A program made the translations under genes and the position numbers. The notes beneath the pieces are model-generated. The model saw only the letters and a list, made by a program, of their open reading frames with translations, searched no databases and had not been told where the DNA came from. 64,000 nt of DNA from Haplodiscus bocki. Lineage: Eukaryota. Where the stretch lies: assembly GCA_965655095.1 (NCBI GenBank), contig OZ296651.1, forward strand, positions 62,186,001 through 62,250,000, in the 5' to 3' direction. Shown here piece after piece: positions 23,590-38,300 of this stretch; within the stretch, counting starts at the first letter, position 1; each line of letters opens with the position of its first letter.

Positions 23590-26500
23590 TGGTGACACCC
23601 TATCTACTTTTCTTTTAAAGAAAATGCTTGAAAGTTAAAACGAAGCTTTGTTAGGAAAACAAGTATAACCATAGAACAAAAATTGAAAGTTACAAAAAAA
23701 ATTAAAGTTAAATAAAGTCTAAATGTCTTTGCCTGTCACAGCTGATTGGTTTGTTCTTGTTTGTTAATAGGAAAGCATAATCAACATAACTACCAACGTC
23801 AGCATCACTTGTCAGTGTAAAACTTTCTTTCACTGTTTTTGGTTTTAAAAAAATGTTTTTTGATAATATGCATCAAAATATACAATTGGTCTTTTTTCTG
23901 GAACCTCAAAACACCTTGAATTAAGTGAGGACATAAATTTCTGTCTTTAGTTAAATGTCCAGAACATGGAACAAGTTCTCCACAACCTTAGGATTAATAT
24001 TGTCAAAAAACTGAGGTTTATGTCCGCATTGGGCTTTTTTCAAGTAAGAGGAGTATTTTGAGCACATCAGACAGGAAGTCGGGCAAAAAAAACTTTTCTG
24101 TGTTCGGGATTTTTCCTGCAAGCTCTCTCTTGCGAACCAAGCATGCTATAAAACGGAAAAAAACTCATTTGTAACGCCTTAATCAAAATTCTAATCAATT
24201 CGTTAGTGTACATGTTTTGAAAAACAGATCTTCCAATGTAATGCAAATCAGTTTCTTCTGTGGATACAATACAATCCGATTACTTACTTTGAGTTCTTTT
24301 GGGAGTATAAAAAGTGACAAAGCAAAAGATGACTTCTATTAAAAAGTTTACATTAGCAGTAGCAGCATCTCTGTTTATAGTGTCATTATCAGTTTTTTGG
24401 TTGGGAGTGAACTTGTATCCCAACCCTTACGGAGCATTCTGTTCATGTTCAACAAATCCAAAAACACTTTTTGTGTTACTTGTCAGTTGAAACTTTTACG
24501 ATTTTGTTCGTTGCTAAAAGATTGCCTGTTCCGGTTGATATTTTTCAATTACAGAAATTTTTGGTGACAGACTATCTACTTTTCTCATTGAAAAAATGCC
24601 TGAAAGTTAAAACGAAGCTGTGTTAAGGAAAACAAGTATAACCATGGAACAAAAATTGAAAATAACAAAAAACAAAAAAGTTAGATAAAGTCTAAATATC
24701 TGTGCCCGTCACACCTAAATGATTTGTTCTTGTTTGTTAATAGGAAAGCATAATCAACATAACTACCAACGTCAGCATCACTTGTCAATGTAAAACTAAC
24801 TTTCACTGTTTTTTGTGTAGAAAAATCTTTTTTGGAAACATGCATCAAAACATACAATTGGTCTTTTTTCTGGAACCTGAAAACCTCTCGTATTAAGATA
24901 AAAATTTCATCTTTAGTTAAATATCTAGAACATGAAACAAATTCTCCACAACCTTATGAATAATCTTATCAAAAAAACTCAAGTTTATGCCCGAATCGGG
25001 CTTTCTTCAAGTAAAAGGAACATTTTGAGCGCTTGAGACAGGCAACCTGGCAAAAACTTTTTTTTTGTGCTCTCGATTAAAACTCCAAACCCTTTCCTGG
25101 AAACCAGAATTAACATAAACTGGATTTTCAAATTCTTTTTACACGCCTTTTTCAAAATTCTAGTCAATTGGTTAGTTTACATCGTTTCGAAAAACAGATC
25201 TTTCAATCTACTCTAATTCAGATGTTGGTCTGGACACAATATTTTCCAATAAGTATTTTTCGGTTCCATTTGAGTATAAAAAGGTACAAAGCAAAAGATT
25301 ACTTTTATCAATATTTATGCATTAGCAATGGCAGCACCTCTATTTCTTGCGTCCTTATCAGTAATTGGTGTCTGAGTAAACTTGTATGCTAACCCAGATG
25401 TAGCATTCTCTTCATGTACAGCAAAATCGAAAACACTTTTTTTATAGGTTGTTAGCTGAAACTTTTCCGATTTTGTTCGCTGCTAAAGGATTGCCTGTTC
25501 CGTTTGATACTTTTCAATTACAGAAATTTTTGGTGACAGACTATCAACGTTTCTCATGCGAAATTGCCTGAAAGTTAAAAACGAAGCTTTGCTAAGAAAA
25601 ACAAGTAGAACCGTGGAACAAAAATTCAAAATAACAAAAAACAATAAAGTTAGATAAAGTCTAAATGTCTGTGCCCGGCACACCTTTTTGATATGTTCTT
25701 CTTTGTTAACACGAAAGGATAATCAACATAACTACCAACGTCAGCATCACTTGTCAATGTAAAATTGATTTTCACTGTTTATGGTGCAGAAACTGTTTTT
25801 TGGTAACATGCATCAAAATATACAAATGGTCTATTTTCCGAAACCTGATAGCTTCCTGTATTATGTGAGGACATTAGATATTATCTTTAGTTAAATGTCT
25901 AGAACATGCACATGCAACAACTTCTCCACAAACTTGTAAAAAACAAGTTTCGTTATAATTTCAATCTATGCCTGCATCGATCGAGAGTTTTTCTAGTAGC
26001 AAGATTACATTGAGCACATGAGATAAGCAGTCTGGCAAAAACATCTTTCTTATGTTTTGGAGAATTCCTCCAAACATTCTTTTGGAAACGAACAGTTACA
26101 TAAAACGGAAAATTAACTGCATTTTAACGTCTTTTTCAAAATTCCAGTCTGCTGTTAGTTTACATTTTTCAAAATACTGATTTTTCAATGTAGTGTAATG
26201 CAGTTGGCGCTCTGCACACAATCTGATGCGATAATTTACTTTGAGTTTTTTTGGGAGTACAAAAAGTAACAAAGCAAAAGATGACTTCTATTAAAAATTT
26301 TGCTTTAGCAGTGGCACCATCTCTATTTATAGCGTCATCATCAGTTTTTTATTCCAGAGTGAACTTGTATTCTAACCCTTAGGTAGCATTCTGTTCATGT
26401 TCAAGAAAACCAAAAACACTTTTTGTGTTACTTGTCAGTTGAAACTTTTACGATTTTGTTCGTTGCTAAAAGATTGCCTGTTCCGGTTGATATTTTTCAA

Positions 26501-29370
26501 TTACAGAAATTTTTGGTGACACCCTATCTACTTTTCTTTTAAAGAAAATGCTTGAAAGTTAAAACGAAGCTTTGTTAGGAAAACAAGTATAACCATAGAA
26601 CAAAAATTGAAAGTTACAAAAAAAATTAAAGTTAAATAAAGTCTAAATGTCTTTGCCTGTCACAGCTGATTGGTTTGTTCTTGTTTGTTAATAGGAAAGC
26701 ATAATCAACATAACTACCAACGTCAGCATCACTTGTCAGTGTAAAACTTTCTTTCACTGTTTTTGGTTTTAAAAAAATGTTTTTTGATAATATGCATCAA
26801 AATATACAATTGGTCTTTTTTCTGGAACCTCAAAACACCTTGAATTAAGTGAGGACATAAATTTCTGTCTTTAGTTAAATGTCCAGAACATGGAACAAGT
26901 TCTCCACAACCTTAGGATTAATATTGTCAAAAAAACTGAGGTTTATGTCCGCATTGGGCTTTTTTCAAGTAAGAGGAGTATTTTGAGCACATCAGACAGG
27001 AAGTCGGGCAAAAAAAACTTTTCTGTGTTCGGGATTTTTCCTGCAAGCTCTCTCTTGCGAACCAAGCATGCTATAAAACGGAAAAAAACTCATTTGTAAC
27101 GCCTTAATCAAAATTCTAATCAATTCGTTAGTGTACATGTTTTGAAAAACAGATCTTCCAATGTAATGCAAATCAGTTTCTTCTGTGGATACAATACAAT
27201 CCGATTACTTACTTTGAGTTCTTTTGGGAGTATAAAAAGTGACAAAGCAAAAGATGACTTCTATTAAAAAGTTTACATTAGCAGTAGCAGCATCTCTGTT
27301 TATAGTGTCATTATCAGTTTTTTGGTTGGGAGTGAACTTGTATCCTAACCCTTACGGAGCATTCTGTTCATGTTCAACAAATCCAAAAACACTTTTTGTG
27401 TTACTTGTCAGTTGAAACTTTTACGATTTTGTTCGTTGCTAAAAGATTGCCTGTTCCGGTTGATATTTTTCAATTACAGAAATTTTTGGTGACAGACTAT
27501 CTACTTTTCTCATTGAAAAAATGCCTGAAAGTTAAAACGAAGCTGTGTTAAGGAAAACAAGTATAACCATGGAACAAAAATTGAAAATAACAAAAAACAA
27601 AAAAGTTAGATAAAGTCTAAATATCTGTGCCCGTCACACCTAAATGATTTGTTCTTGTTTGTTAATAGGAAAGCATAATCAACATAACTACCAACGTCAG
27701 CATCACTTGTCAATGTAAAACTAACTTTCACTGTTTTTTGTGTAGAAAAATCTTTTTTGGAAACATGCATCAAAACATACAATTGGTCTTTTTTCTGGAA
27801 CCTGAAAACCTCTCGTATTAAGATAAAAATTTCATCTTTAGTTAAATATCTAGAACATGAAACAAATTCTCCACAACCTTATGAATAATCTTATCAAAAA
27901 AACTCAAGTTTATGCCCGAATCGGGCTTTCTTCAAGTAAAAGGAACATTTTGAGCGCTTGAGACAGGCAACCTGGCAAAAACTTTTTTTTTGTGCTCTCG
28001 ATTAAAACTCCAAACCCTTTCCTGGAAACCAGAATTAACATAAACTGGATTTTCAAATTCTTTTTACACGCCTTTTTCAAAATTCTAGTCAATTGGTTAG
28101 TTTACATCGTTTCGAAAAACAGATCTTTCAATCTACTCTAATTCAGATGTTGGTCTGGACACAATATTTTCCAATAAGTATTTTTCGGTTCCATTTGAGT
28201 ATAAAAAGGTACAAAGCAAAAGATTACTTTTATCAATATTTATGCATTAGCAATGGCAGCACCTCTATTTCTTGCGTCCTTATCAGTAATTGGTGTCTGA
28301 GTAAACTTGTATGCTAACCCAGATGTAGCATTCTCTTCATGTACAGCAAAATCGAAAACACTTTTTTTATAGGTTGTTAGCTGAAACTTTTCCGATTTTG
28401 TTTGCTGCTAAAGGATTGCCTGTTCCGTTTGATACTTTTCAATTACAGAAATTTTTGGTGACAGACTATCAACGTTTCTCATGCGAAATTGCCTGAAAGT
28501 TAAAAACGAAGCTTTGCTAAGAAAAACAAGTAGAACCGTGGAACAAAAATTCAAAATAACAAAAAACAATAAAGTTAGATAAAGTCTAAATGTCTGTGCC
28601 CGGCACACCTTTTTGATATGTTCTTCTTTGTTAACACGAAAGGATAATCAACATAACTACCAACGTCAGCATCACTTGTCAATGTAAAATTGATTTTCAC
28701 TGTTTATGGTGCAGAAACTGTTTTTTGGTAACATGCATCAAAATATACAAATGGTCTATTTTCCGAAACCTGATAGCTTCCTGTATTATGTGAGGACATT
28801 AGATATTATCTTTAGTTAAATGTCTAGAACATGCACATGCAACAACTTCTCCACAAACTTGTAAAAAACAAGTTTCGTTATAATTTCAATCTATGCCTGC
28901 ATCGATCGAGAGTTTTTCTAGTAGCAAGATTACATTGAGCACATGAGATAAGCAGTCTGGCAAAAACATCTTTCTTATGTTTTGGAGAATTCCTCCAAAC
29001 ATTCTTTTGGAAACGAACAGTTACATAAAACGGAAAATTAACTGCATTTTAACGTCTTTTTCAAAATTCCAGTCTGCTGTTAGTTTACATTTTTCAAAAT
29101 ACTGATTTTTCAATGTAGTGTAATGCAGTTGGCGCTCTGCACACAATCTGATGCGATAATTTACTTTGAGTTTTTTTGGGAGTACAAAAAGTAACAAAGC
29201 AAAAGATGACTTCTATTAAAAATTTTGCTTTAGCAGTGGCACCATCTCTATTTATAGCGTCATCATCAGTTTTTTATTCCAGAGTGAACTTGTATTCTAA
29301 CCCTTAGGTAGCATTCTGTTCATGTTCAAGAAAACCAAAAACACTTTTTGTGTTACTTGTCAGTTGAAAT
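23590..29370. repeat. Higher-order repeat 1: near-identical tandem duplication of a trimer (~2,925 bp)
   Basis: Identical ORF pairs are offset by 2925: 24985/27910, 25168/28093 and 25483/28408. Confidence 0.95.
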
Positions 29371-32300
29371 ATTTACGATTTTGCTCGTTGCTAAAGGACT
29401 GCCTGTTCCGGTTGATACTTTTCAGTTACAGAAATATTTGGTGGCAGACTATCTACTTTTCTCATGAAGAAATTGCCTGAAAGTTAAAACGAAGCTTTGT
29501 TAAGAAAAATAAATTAAACCATGGAACAAAAATTGAAAATAACAGAAAACAATAAATTTAGAATAAATCTAAATGTCTTTGCCCGTCACACCTAATTGAC
29601 ATGTTCTTGTTTGTTAATACGAAAGCATAAACAACAAAACTACCAACGTCAGCATCACCGGTCAATGTAAAGATTACTTTCACTGTTTTTGGTGTAGAAA
29701 ATTTTTTTTGATAACTTGCATCAAAATATACAATTGGTCTTTTTTGAAACCTGAGAATATCTTGTATCATATGGGGACATAGGATAAGATATTATCCTTA
29801 ATTGAAGGTCCCAAACATGAAACAAATTCTCCAAAAATTTGTAAATAGTGAGTTTCTTTATAATTTCAATCTATGCCTGCATCGAGAGTTTTTTTTAGTA
29901 GCAAGAATACATTGAGCACATGAGACAGGCAGTCTGGCAAAAACATCTGTTTTTGTTTTGGAGAATTCCTCCAAACATTCTTTTGGAAACGAACAGTTAC
30001 ATAAAACGGAAAATCAACTGCATTTTAACGTCTTTTTCAAAATTCCAGTCTGCTGTTAGTTTACATTTTTCGAAACACTGTTTTTTCAATGTAGTGTATT
30101 GCAGTTGGCGCTCTGCACACAATCTGATGCGATAATTTTCTTTCAGTTTTTTTGTGAGTACAAAAAGTGACAAAGCAAAAGATGACTTCTATTAAAAATT
30201 TTGCTTTAGCAGTGGCACCATCTCTATTTATAGCGTCATCATCAGTTTTTTGTTCCAGAGTGAACTTGTATCCTAACCCATACATAGCATTCTGTTCATG
30301 TTCAACAAAACCAAAAACACTTTTTGTGTTACTTGTCAGTTGAAATATTTACGATTTTGTTCGTTGCTAAAGGACTGCCTGTTCCGGTTGATACTTTTCA
30401 GTTACAGAAATATTTGGTGACAGACTATCTACTTTTCTCATAAAGAAATTGCCTGAAAGTTAAAACGAAGCTTTGTTAAGAAAAATAAAATTAAACCATG
30501 GAACAAAAATTCAAAATAACAGAAAACAATAAATTTAGAATAAATCTAAATGTCTTCGCCCGTCACACCTAATTGACATGTTCTTGTTTGTTAATACGAA
30601 AGCATAAACAACAAAACTACCAACGTCAGCATCACCGGTCAATGTAAAGATTACTTTCACTGTTTTGGTGTAGAAAATTTTTTTTGATAACTTGCATCAA
30701 AATATACAATTGGTCTTTTTTGAAACCTGAGAATATCTTGTATCATATGGGGACATAGGATAAGATATTATCCTTAGTTGAAGGTCCCAAACATGAAACA
30801 AATTCTCCAAAAATTTGTAAATAGTAAGTTTCTTTATAATTTCAATCTATGCCTGCAATGAGAGTTTTTTTAGTAGCAAGAATTCATTGAGCACATGAGA
30901 CGGGCAGTCTGGCAAAAACATCTTTTTTTTTGTTTTGGAGAATTCCTCCAAACATTCTTTTGGAAACGAACAGTAACATAAAACGGAAAATCAACTGCAT
31001 TTTAACGTCTTTTTCAAAATTCCAATCTGCTGTTAGTTTAGGTTTTTCAAAATACTGATTTTTCAATGTAGTGTAATGCAGTTGGCGCTCTGCACACAAT
31101 CTGATGCGATTATTTTCTTTGAGTTCTTTTGGTGGTACAAAAAGTGACAAAGCAAAAGATGACTTCTATTAAAAAAAATTTGTTTTGCCAGTAGCAGCAT
31201 CTCCAATTATAGCGTCATCATCAGTTTTTCGTTCCAGAGTGAACTTGTATACTAACCCATACTTAGCATTCTGTTCATGTTCAACAAAACCAAAAACACT
31301 TTTTGTGTTACTTGTCAGTTGAAATATTTACGATTTTGTTCGTTGCTAAAGGATTGCCTGTTCCGTTTGATACGTTTCAATTACAGAATATTTTGCTGAC
31401 AGACTATCTACTTTTCTCATGGAGAAATTGCCTGAAAGTTAAAACGAAGCTTTGTTAAGAAAAATAAATAAAACCTTGGAACAAAAATTGAAAATAACAG
31501 AAAACAAAAAATTTAGAATAAATCTAAATGTCTTCGCCCGTCACACCCAGTTGACATGTTCTTGTTTGTTAATACGAAAGCATAATCAACATAACTACCA
31601 ACGTCAGCATCACCGGTCAATGTAAATATTACTTTCACTGTTTTTGGTGTAGAAATTTTTTTTTGATAACTTGCATCAAAAAATACATTTGGTCTTTTTT
31701 CTGAAACCTGAGAATATCTTGTATCATATGGGGACATAGGATAAGATATTATCCTTAGTTGAAGGTCCCAAACATGAAACAATTTCTCCAAAATTTTGTA
31801 AATAGTAAGTTTCTTTATAATTTCAATCTATGCCTGCATCGAGAGTTTTTATAGTAGCAAGAATACATTGAGCACATGAGACAGGCAGTCTGGCAAAAAC
31901 ATCTTTTTTTGTTCTGGAGAATTCCTCCAAACATTCTTTTGGAAACGAACAGTAACATAAAACGGAAAATCAACTACATTTTAACGTCTTTTTCAAAATT
32001 CCAATCTGCTGTTAGTTTACGTTTTTCAAAATACTGATTTTTCAATGTAGTGTAATGCAGTTGGCGCTCTGCACACAATCTGATGCGTTAATTTTCTTTG
32101 AGTTCTTTTGGGAGTACAAAAAGTGACAAAGCAAAAGATGACTTCTATTAAAAAAAATTTGTTTTGCCAGTAGCAGCATCTCCAATTATAGCGTCATCAT
32201 CAGTTTTTCGTTCCAGAGTGAACTTGTATCCTAACCCATACATAGCATTCTGTTCATGTTCAACAAAACCAAAAACACTTTTTTTGTTACTTGTCAGTTG

Positions 32301-35300
32301 AAATATTTACGACTTTGTTCGTTGCTAAAGGATTGCCTGTTCCGGTTGATACTTTTCAATTACGGAAAATTTTGGTGACAGACTATCTACTTTTCTGATA
32401 AAGAAATTGCCTGAAAGTTAAAGCAAAGCTTTGTTAAGAAAATTAAATATAACCATGGAACAAAAATTGAAAATAACAGAAAACAATAAATTTAGAATAA
32501 ATCTAAATGTCTTCGCCCGTCACAACTATTTGACATGTTCTTGTTTGTTAATACGACAGCATAATCAACATAACTACCAACGTCAGCATCACCGGTTAAT
32601 GTAAAGATTACTTTCGCTGTTTTTGGTGTAGAAAAAATTTTTTGATAACTTGCATCAAAAGATACAATTGGTCTTTTTTTCTGAAACCTGAGAAGATCTT
32701 GTATCATATGGGGACATAAGATAAGATATTATCCTTAGTTAAAGGTCCCAAACATGAAACAAATTCTCCAAAATTTTGTGAATAGTAAGTTTCTTTATAA
32801 TTTCAATCTATGCCTGCATCGAGAGTTTTTTTTAGTAGCAAGAATACATTGAGCACATGAGACAGGCAGTCTGGCAAAAACATCTTTTTTTTGTTTTGGA
32901 GAATTCCTCCAAACATTCTTTTGGAAACGAACAGTAACATAAAACGGAAAATCAACTGCATTTTAACGTCTTTTCCAAATTTCCAATCTGCTGTTAGTTT
33001 ACGTTTTTCAAAATACTGATTTTTCAATGTAGTGTAATGCAGTTGGCGCTCTGCATACAATCTGATGCGATAATTTTCTTTGAGTTCTTTTGGGAGTACA
33101 AAAAGTGACAAAGCAAAAGATGACTTCTATTAATAAAATTTTGCTTTGGCAGTAGCAGCATCTCTATTTATAGCGTCATCATCAGTTTTTCGTTCCAGAG
33201 TGAACTTTTATCCTAACCCATACGTAGCATTCTGTTCATGTTCAACAAAACCAAAAACACTTTTTGTGTTACTTGTCAGTTGAAGTATTTACGACTTTGT
33301 TCGTTGCTAAAGGATTGCCTGTTCCGGTTGATACTTTTCAATTACGGAAAATTTTGGTGACAGACTATCTACTTTTCTGATAAAGAAATTGCCTGAAAAT
33401 TAAAGCAAAGCTTTGTTAAGAAAATTAAATATAACCATGGAACAAAAATTGAAAATAACAGAAAACAATAAATTTAGAATAAATCTAAATGTCTTCGCCC
33501 GTCACAACTATTTGACATGTTCTTGTTTGTTAATACGAAAGCATAATCAACATAACTACCAACGTCAGCATCACCGGTTAATGTAAAGATTACTTTCGCT
33601 GTTTTTGGTGTAGAAAAAATTTTTTGATAACTTGCATCAAAAGATACAATTGGTCTTTTTTTCTGAAACCTGAGAAGATCTTGTATCATATGGGGACATA
33701 AGATAAGATATTATCCTTAGTTAAAGGTCCCAAACATGAAACAAATTCTCCAAAATTTTGTGAATAGTAAGTTTCTTTATAATTTCAATCTATGCCTGCA
33801 TCGAGAGTTTTTTTTAGTAGCAAGAATACATTGAGCACATGAAACAGGCAGTCTGGCAAAAACATCTTTTTTTGTTTTGGAGAATTCCTCCAAACATTCT
33901 TTTGGAAACGAACAGTAACATAAAACGGAAAATCAACTGTATTTTAACGTCTTTTTCAAATTTCCAATCTGCTGTTAGTTTACGTTTTTCAAAATACTGA
34001 TTTTTCAATGTAGTGTAATGCAGTTGGCGCTCTGCACACAATCTGATGCGATAATTTTCTTTGAGTTCTTTTGGGAGTACAAAAAGTGACAAAGCAAAAG
34101 ATGACTTCTATTAATAAAATTTTGCTTTGGCAGTAGCAGCATCTCTATTTATAGCGTCATCATCAGTTTTTCGTTCCAGAGTGAACTTGTATCCTAACCC
34201 ATACGTAGCATTCTGTTCATGTTCAACAAAACCAAAAACACTTTTTGTGTTACTTGTCAGTTGAAGTATTTACGACTTTGTTCGTTGCTAAAGGATTGCC
34301 TGTTCCGTTTGATACGTTTCAATTACAGAAAATTTTGGTGACAGACTTTCTACTTTTCTGATAAAGAAATTGCCTGAAAGTTAAAGCAAAGCTTTGTTAA
34401 GAAAAATAAATATAACCATGGAGCAAAAATTGAAAATAACAGAAAACAATAATTTTAGAATGAATCTAAATGTCTTCGCCCGTCACACCTAATTGACATG
34501 TTCTTGTTTGTTAATACGAAAGCATAATCAACATAACTACCAACGTCAGCATCACCGGTTAATGTAAAGATTACTTTCAGTGTTTTTGGTGTAGAAAATT
34601 TTTTTGATAACTTGCATCAAAACATACAATTGGTCTTTTTTCTGAAACCTGAGAATTTCTTGTATCATATGGTGACATAAGATAAGATATTATCCTTAGT
34701 TAAAGGTCCCAAACATGAAACAAATTCTCCAAAATTCTTTAAATAGTAAGTTTCTTTATAATTTCAATCTATGCCTGCATCGAGAGTTTTTTTTAGTAGC
34801 AAGAAAACATTGAGCACATGAGATAGGCAGTCTGGCAATAACATCTTTTTTTGTTTTGGAGAATTCCTCCAAACATTCTTTTGGAAACGAACAATAACAT
34901 AAAACGGAAAATCAACTGCATTTTAACGTCTTATTCAAATTTCCAATCTGCTGTTAGTTTACGTTTTTCAAAATACTGATTTTTCAATGTAGTGTAATGC
35001 AGTTGGCGCTCTGCACACAATCTGATGCGATAATTTTCTTTGAGTTCTTTTGGGAGTACAAAACGTGACAAAGCAAAAGATGACTTCTATTAAAAAAATT
35101 TTGCTTTGGCAGTAGCAGCATCTCTATTTATAGCGTCATCATCAGTTTTTCGTTCCAGAGTGAATTTGTATCCAAACCCATAGGTAGCATTCTGTTCATG
35201 TTCAACAAAACCAAAAACACTTTTTGTGTTACTTGTCAGTTGAAATATTTACGATTTTGTTCGTTGCTAAAGGATTGCCTGTTCCGGTTGATACTTTTCA

Positions 35301-38300
35301 ATTACAGAAAATTTTGGTGACAGACTATCTACTTTTCTGATAAAGAAATTGCCTGAAAGTTAAAGCAAAGCTTTCTTAAGAAAAATAAATATAACCATGG
35401 AACAAAAATTGAAAATAACAGAAAACAGTAAATTTAGAATAAATCTAAATGTCTTCGCCCGTCACACCTAATTGACATGTTCTTGTTTGTTAATACGAAA
35501 GCATAATCAACATAACTACCAACGTCAGCATCACCGGTTAATGTAAAGATTACTTTCACTGTTTTTGGTGTAGAAAAAATTTTTTGATAACTTGCATCAA
35601 AACATACAATTGGTCTTTTTTCTGAAACCTGAGAAGATCTTGTATCATATGGGGACATAAGATAAGATATTATCCTTAGTTAAAGGTCCCAAACATGAAA
35701 CAAATTCTCCAAAATTTTGTGAATAGTAAGTTTCTTTATAATTTCAATCTATGCCTGCATCGAGAGTTTTTTTTAGTAGCAAGAATACATTGAGCACATG
35801 AGACAGGCAGTCTGGCAAAAACATCTTTTTTTTGTTTTGGAGAATTCCTCCAAACATTCTTTTGGAAACGAACAGTAACATAAAACGGAAAATCAACTGC
35901 ATTTTAACGTCTCTTTCAAATTTCCAATCTGCTGTTAGTTTACGTTTTTCAAAATACTGATTTTTCAATGTAGTGTAATGCAGTTGGCGCTCTGCACACA
36001 ATCTGATGCGATAATTTTCTTTGAGTTCTTTTGGGAGTACAAAAATTGACAAAGCAAAAGATGACTTCTATTAATAAAATTTTGCTTTGGCAGTAGCAGC
36101 ATCTCTATTTATAGCGCCATCATCAGTTTTTCGTTCCAGAGTGAACTTGTATCCTAACCCATACGTAGCATTCTGTTCATGTTCAACAAAACCAAAAACA
36201 CTTTTTGTGTTACTTGTCAGTTGAAGTATTTACGACTTTGTTCGTTGCTAAAGGATTGCCTGTTCCGTTTGATACGTTTCAATTACAGAAAATTTTGGTG
36301 ACAGACTTTCTACTTTTCTGATAAAGATATTGCCTGAAAGTTAAAGCAAAGCTTTTTTAAGAAAAATAAATATAACCATGGAACAAAAATCGAAAATAAC
36401 AGAAAACAATAAATTTAGAATAAATCTAAATGTCTTCGCCCGTCACACCTAATTGACATGTTCTTGTTTGTTAATACGAAAGCATAATCAACATAACTAC
36501 CAACGTCAGCATCACCGGTTAATGTAAAGATTACTTTCACTGTTTTTGGTGTAGAAAAATTTTTTTGATAACTTGCATCAAAACATACAATTGGTCTTTT
36601 TTCTGAAACCTGAGAAGATCTTGTATCATATGGGGACATAAGATAAGATATTATCCTTAGTTAAAGGTCGCAAACATGAAATAAATTCTCCAAAATTTTG
36701 TGAATAGTAAGTTTCTTTATAATTTCAATCTATGCCTGCATCGAGAGTTTTTTTTAGTAGCAAGAATACATTGAGCACATGAGACAGGTAGTCTGGAAAA
36801 AACATCTTTTTTTGTTTTGGAGAATTCCCCCAAACAGTCTTTTGGAAACGAACAGTAACATAAAACGGAAAATCAACTGCATTTTAACGTCTTTTTCAAA
36901 TTTCCAATCTGCTGTTAGTTTACGTTTTTCAATATACTGATTTTTCAATGTAGTGTAATGCAGTTGGCGCTCTGCACACAGTCTGATGCGATAATTTTCT
37001 TTGAGTTCTTTTGGGAGTACAAAAAGTGACAAAGCAAAAGATGACTTCTAATAAAAAAAATTTGCTTTTGCAGTAGCAGCATCTCTGTTTATAGCGTCAT
37101 CATCAGTTTTTCGTTCCAGAGTGAACTTGTATCCTAACGCATACGTAGCATTCTGTTCAAGTTCAACAAAACCAAAAACACTTTTTGTGTTACTTGTCAG
37201 TTGAAATATTTACGATTTTGTTCGTTGCTAAAGGATTGCCTGTTCCGGTTGATATTTTTCAATTACAGAAATTTTTGGTGACAGACTATCTACTTTTCTC
37301 ATTGAAAAAATGCCTGAAAGTTAAAACGAAGCTGTGTTAAGGAAAAAATATATATCCATGGAACAAAAATTGCAAATAACAGAAAAAATCAAATTGAAAA
37401 GAAATCTAAATGTCTTCGCCCGTCACACCTAATTGATATGTTCTTGTTTGTTAATACGAAACATAATCAACATAACTACCAACGTCAGCATCAACGGTCA
37501 ATGTTAAGATTACTTTCACTGTTTTTGGTGTAGAAAAGTTTTTTTGATAACTTGCATCAAAATTTACAATTGGTCTTTTTTCTGGAACCTGAGAATATCT
37601 TGTATCATATGGGGACATAAGATAAGATATTATCCTTAGTTAAAGGTCCCAAACATGAAACAAATTCTCCAAAAATTTGTAAATAGTAGGTTTCTTTATA
37701 ATTTCAATCTATGCCTGCATCGAGAGTTTTTTTTAGTAGCAAGAATACATTGAGCACATGAGACAGGCAGTCTGGCAAAAACATCTTTTTTTGTTTTGGA
37801 GAATTCCTCCAAACATTCTTTTGGAAACGAACAGTAACATAAAACGGAAAATCAACTGCATTTGAACGTCTTTTTCAAAATTCCAATCTGCTGTTAGTTT
37901 ACGTTTTTCAAAATACTGATTTTTCAATGTAGTGTAATGCAGTTGGCGCTCTGCACACAATCTGATGCGATAATTTTCTTTGAGTTCTTTCGAGAGTACA
38001 AAAAGTGACAAAGCAAAAGATGACTTCTATTAAAAAAATTTTGCTTTGCCAGTAGCAGCATCTCTAATTATAGCGTCATCATCAGTTTTTCGTTCAGGAG
38101 TGAATTGTATCCTAACCCATACGTAGCATGCTGTTCATGTTCAACAAAACCAAAAACACTTTTTTCGTTACTTGTCAGTTGAAATGTTTACGATTTTCTT
38201 CGTTGCTAAAGGATTGCCTGTTCCGGTTGATACTTTTCGATTACAGAAAACTTTGGTGACAGACTATCTACTTTTCTCATGGAGAAATTGCCTGAAAGTT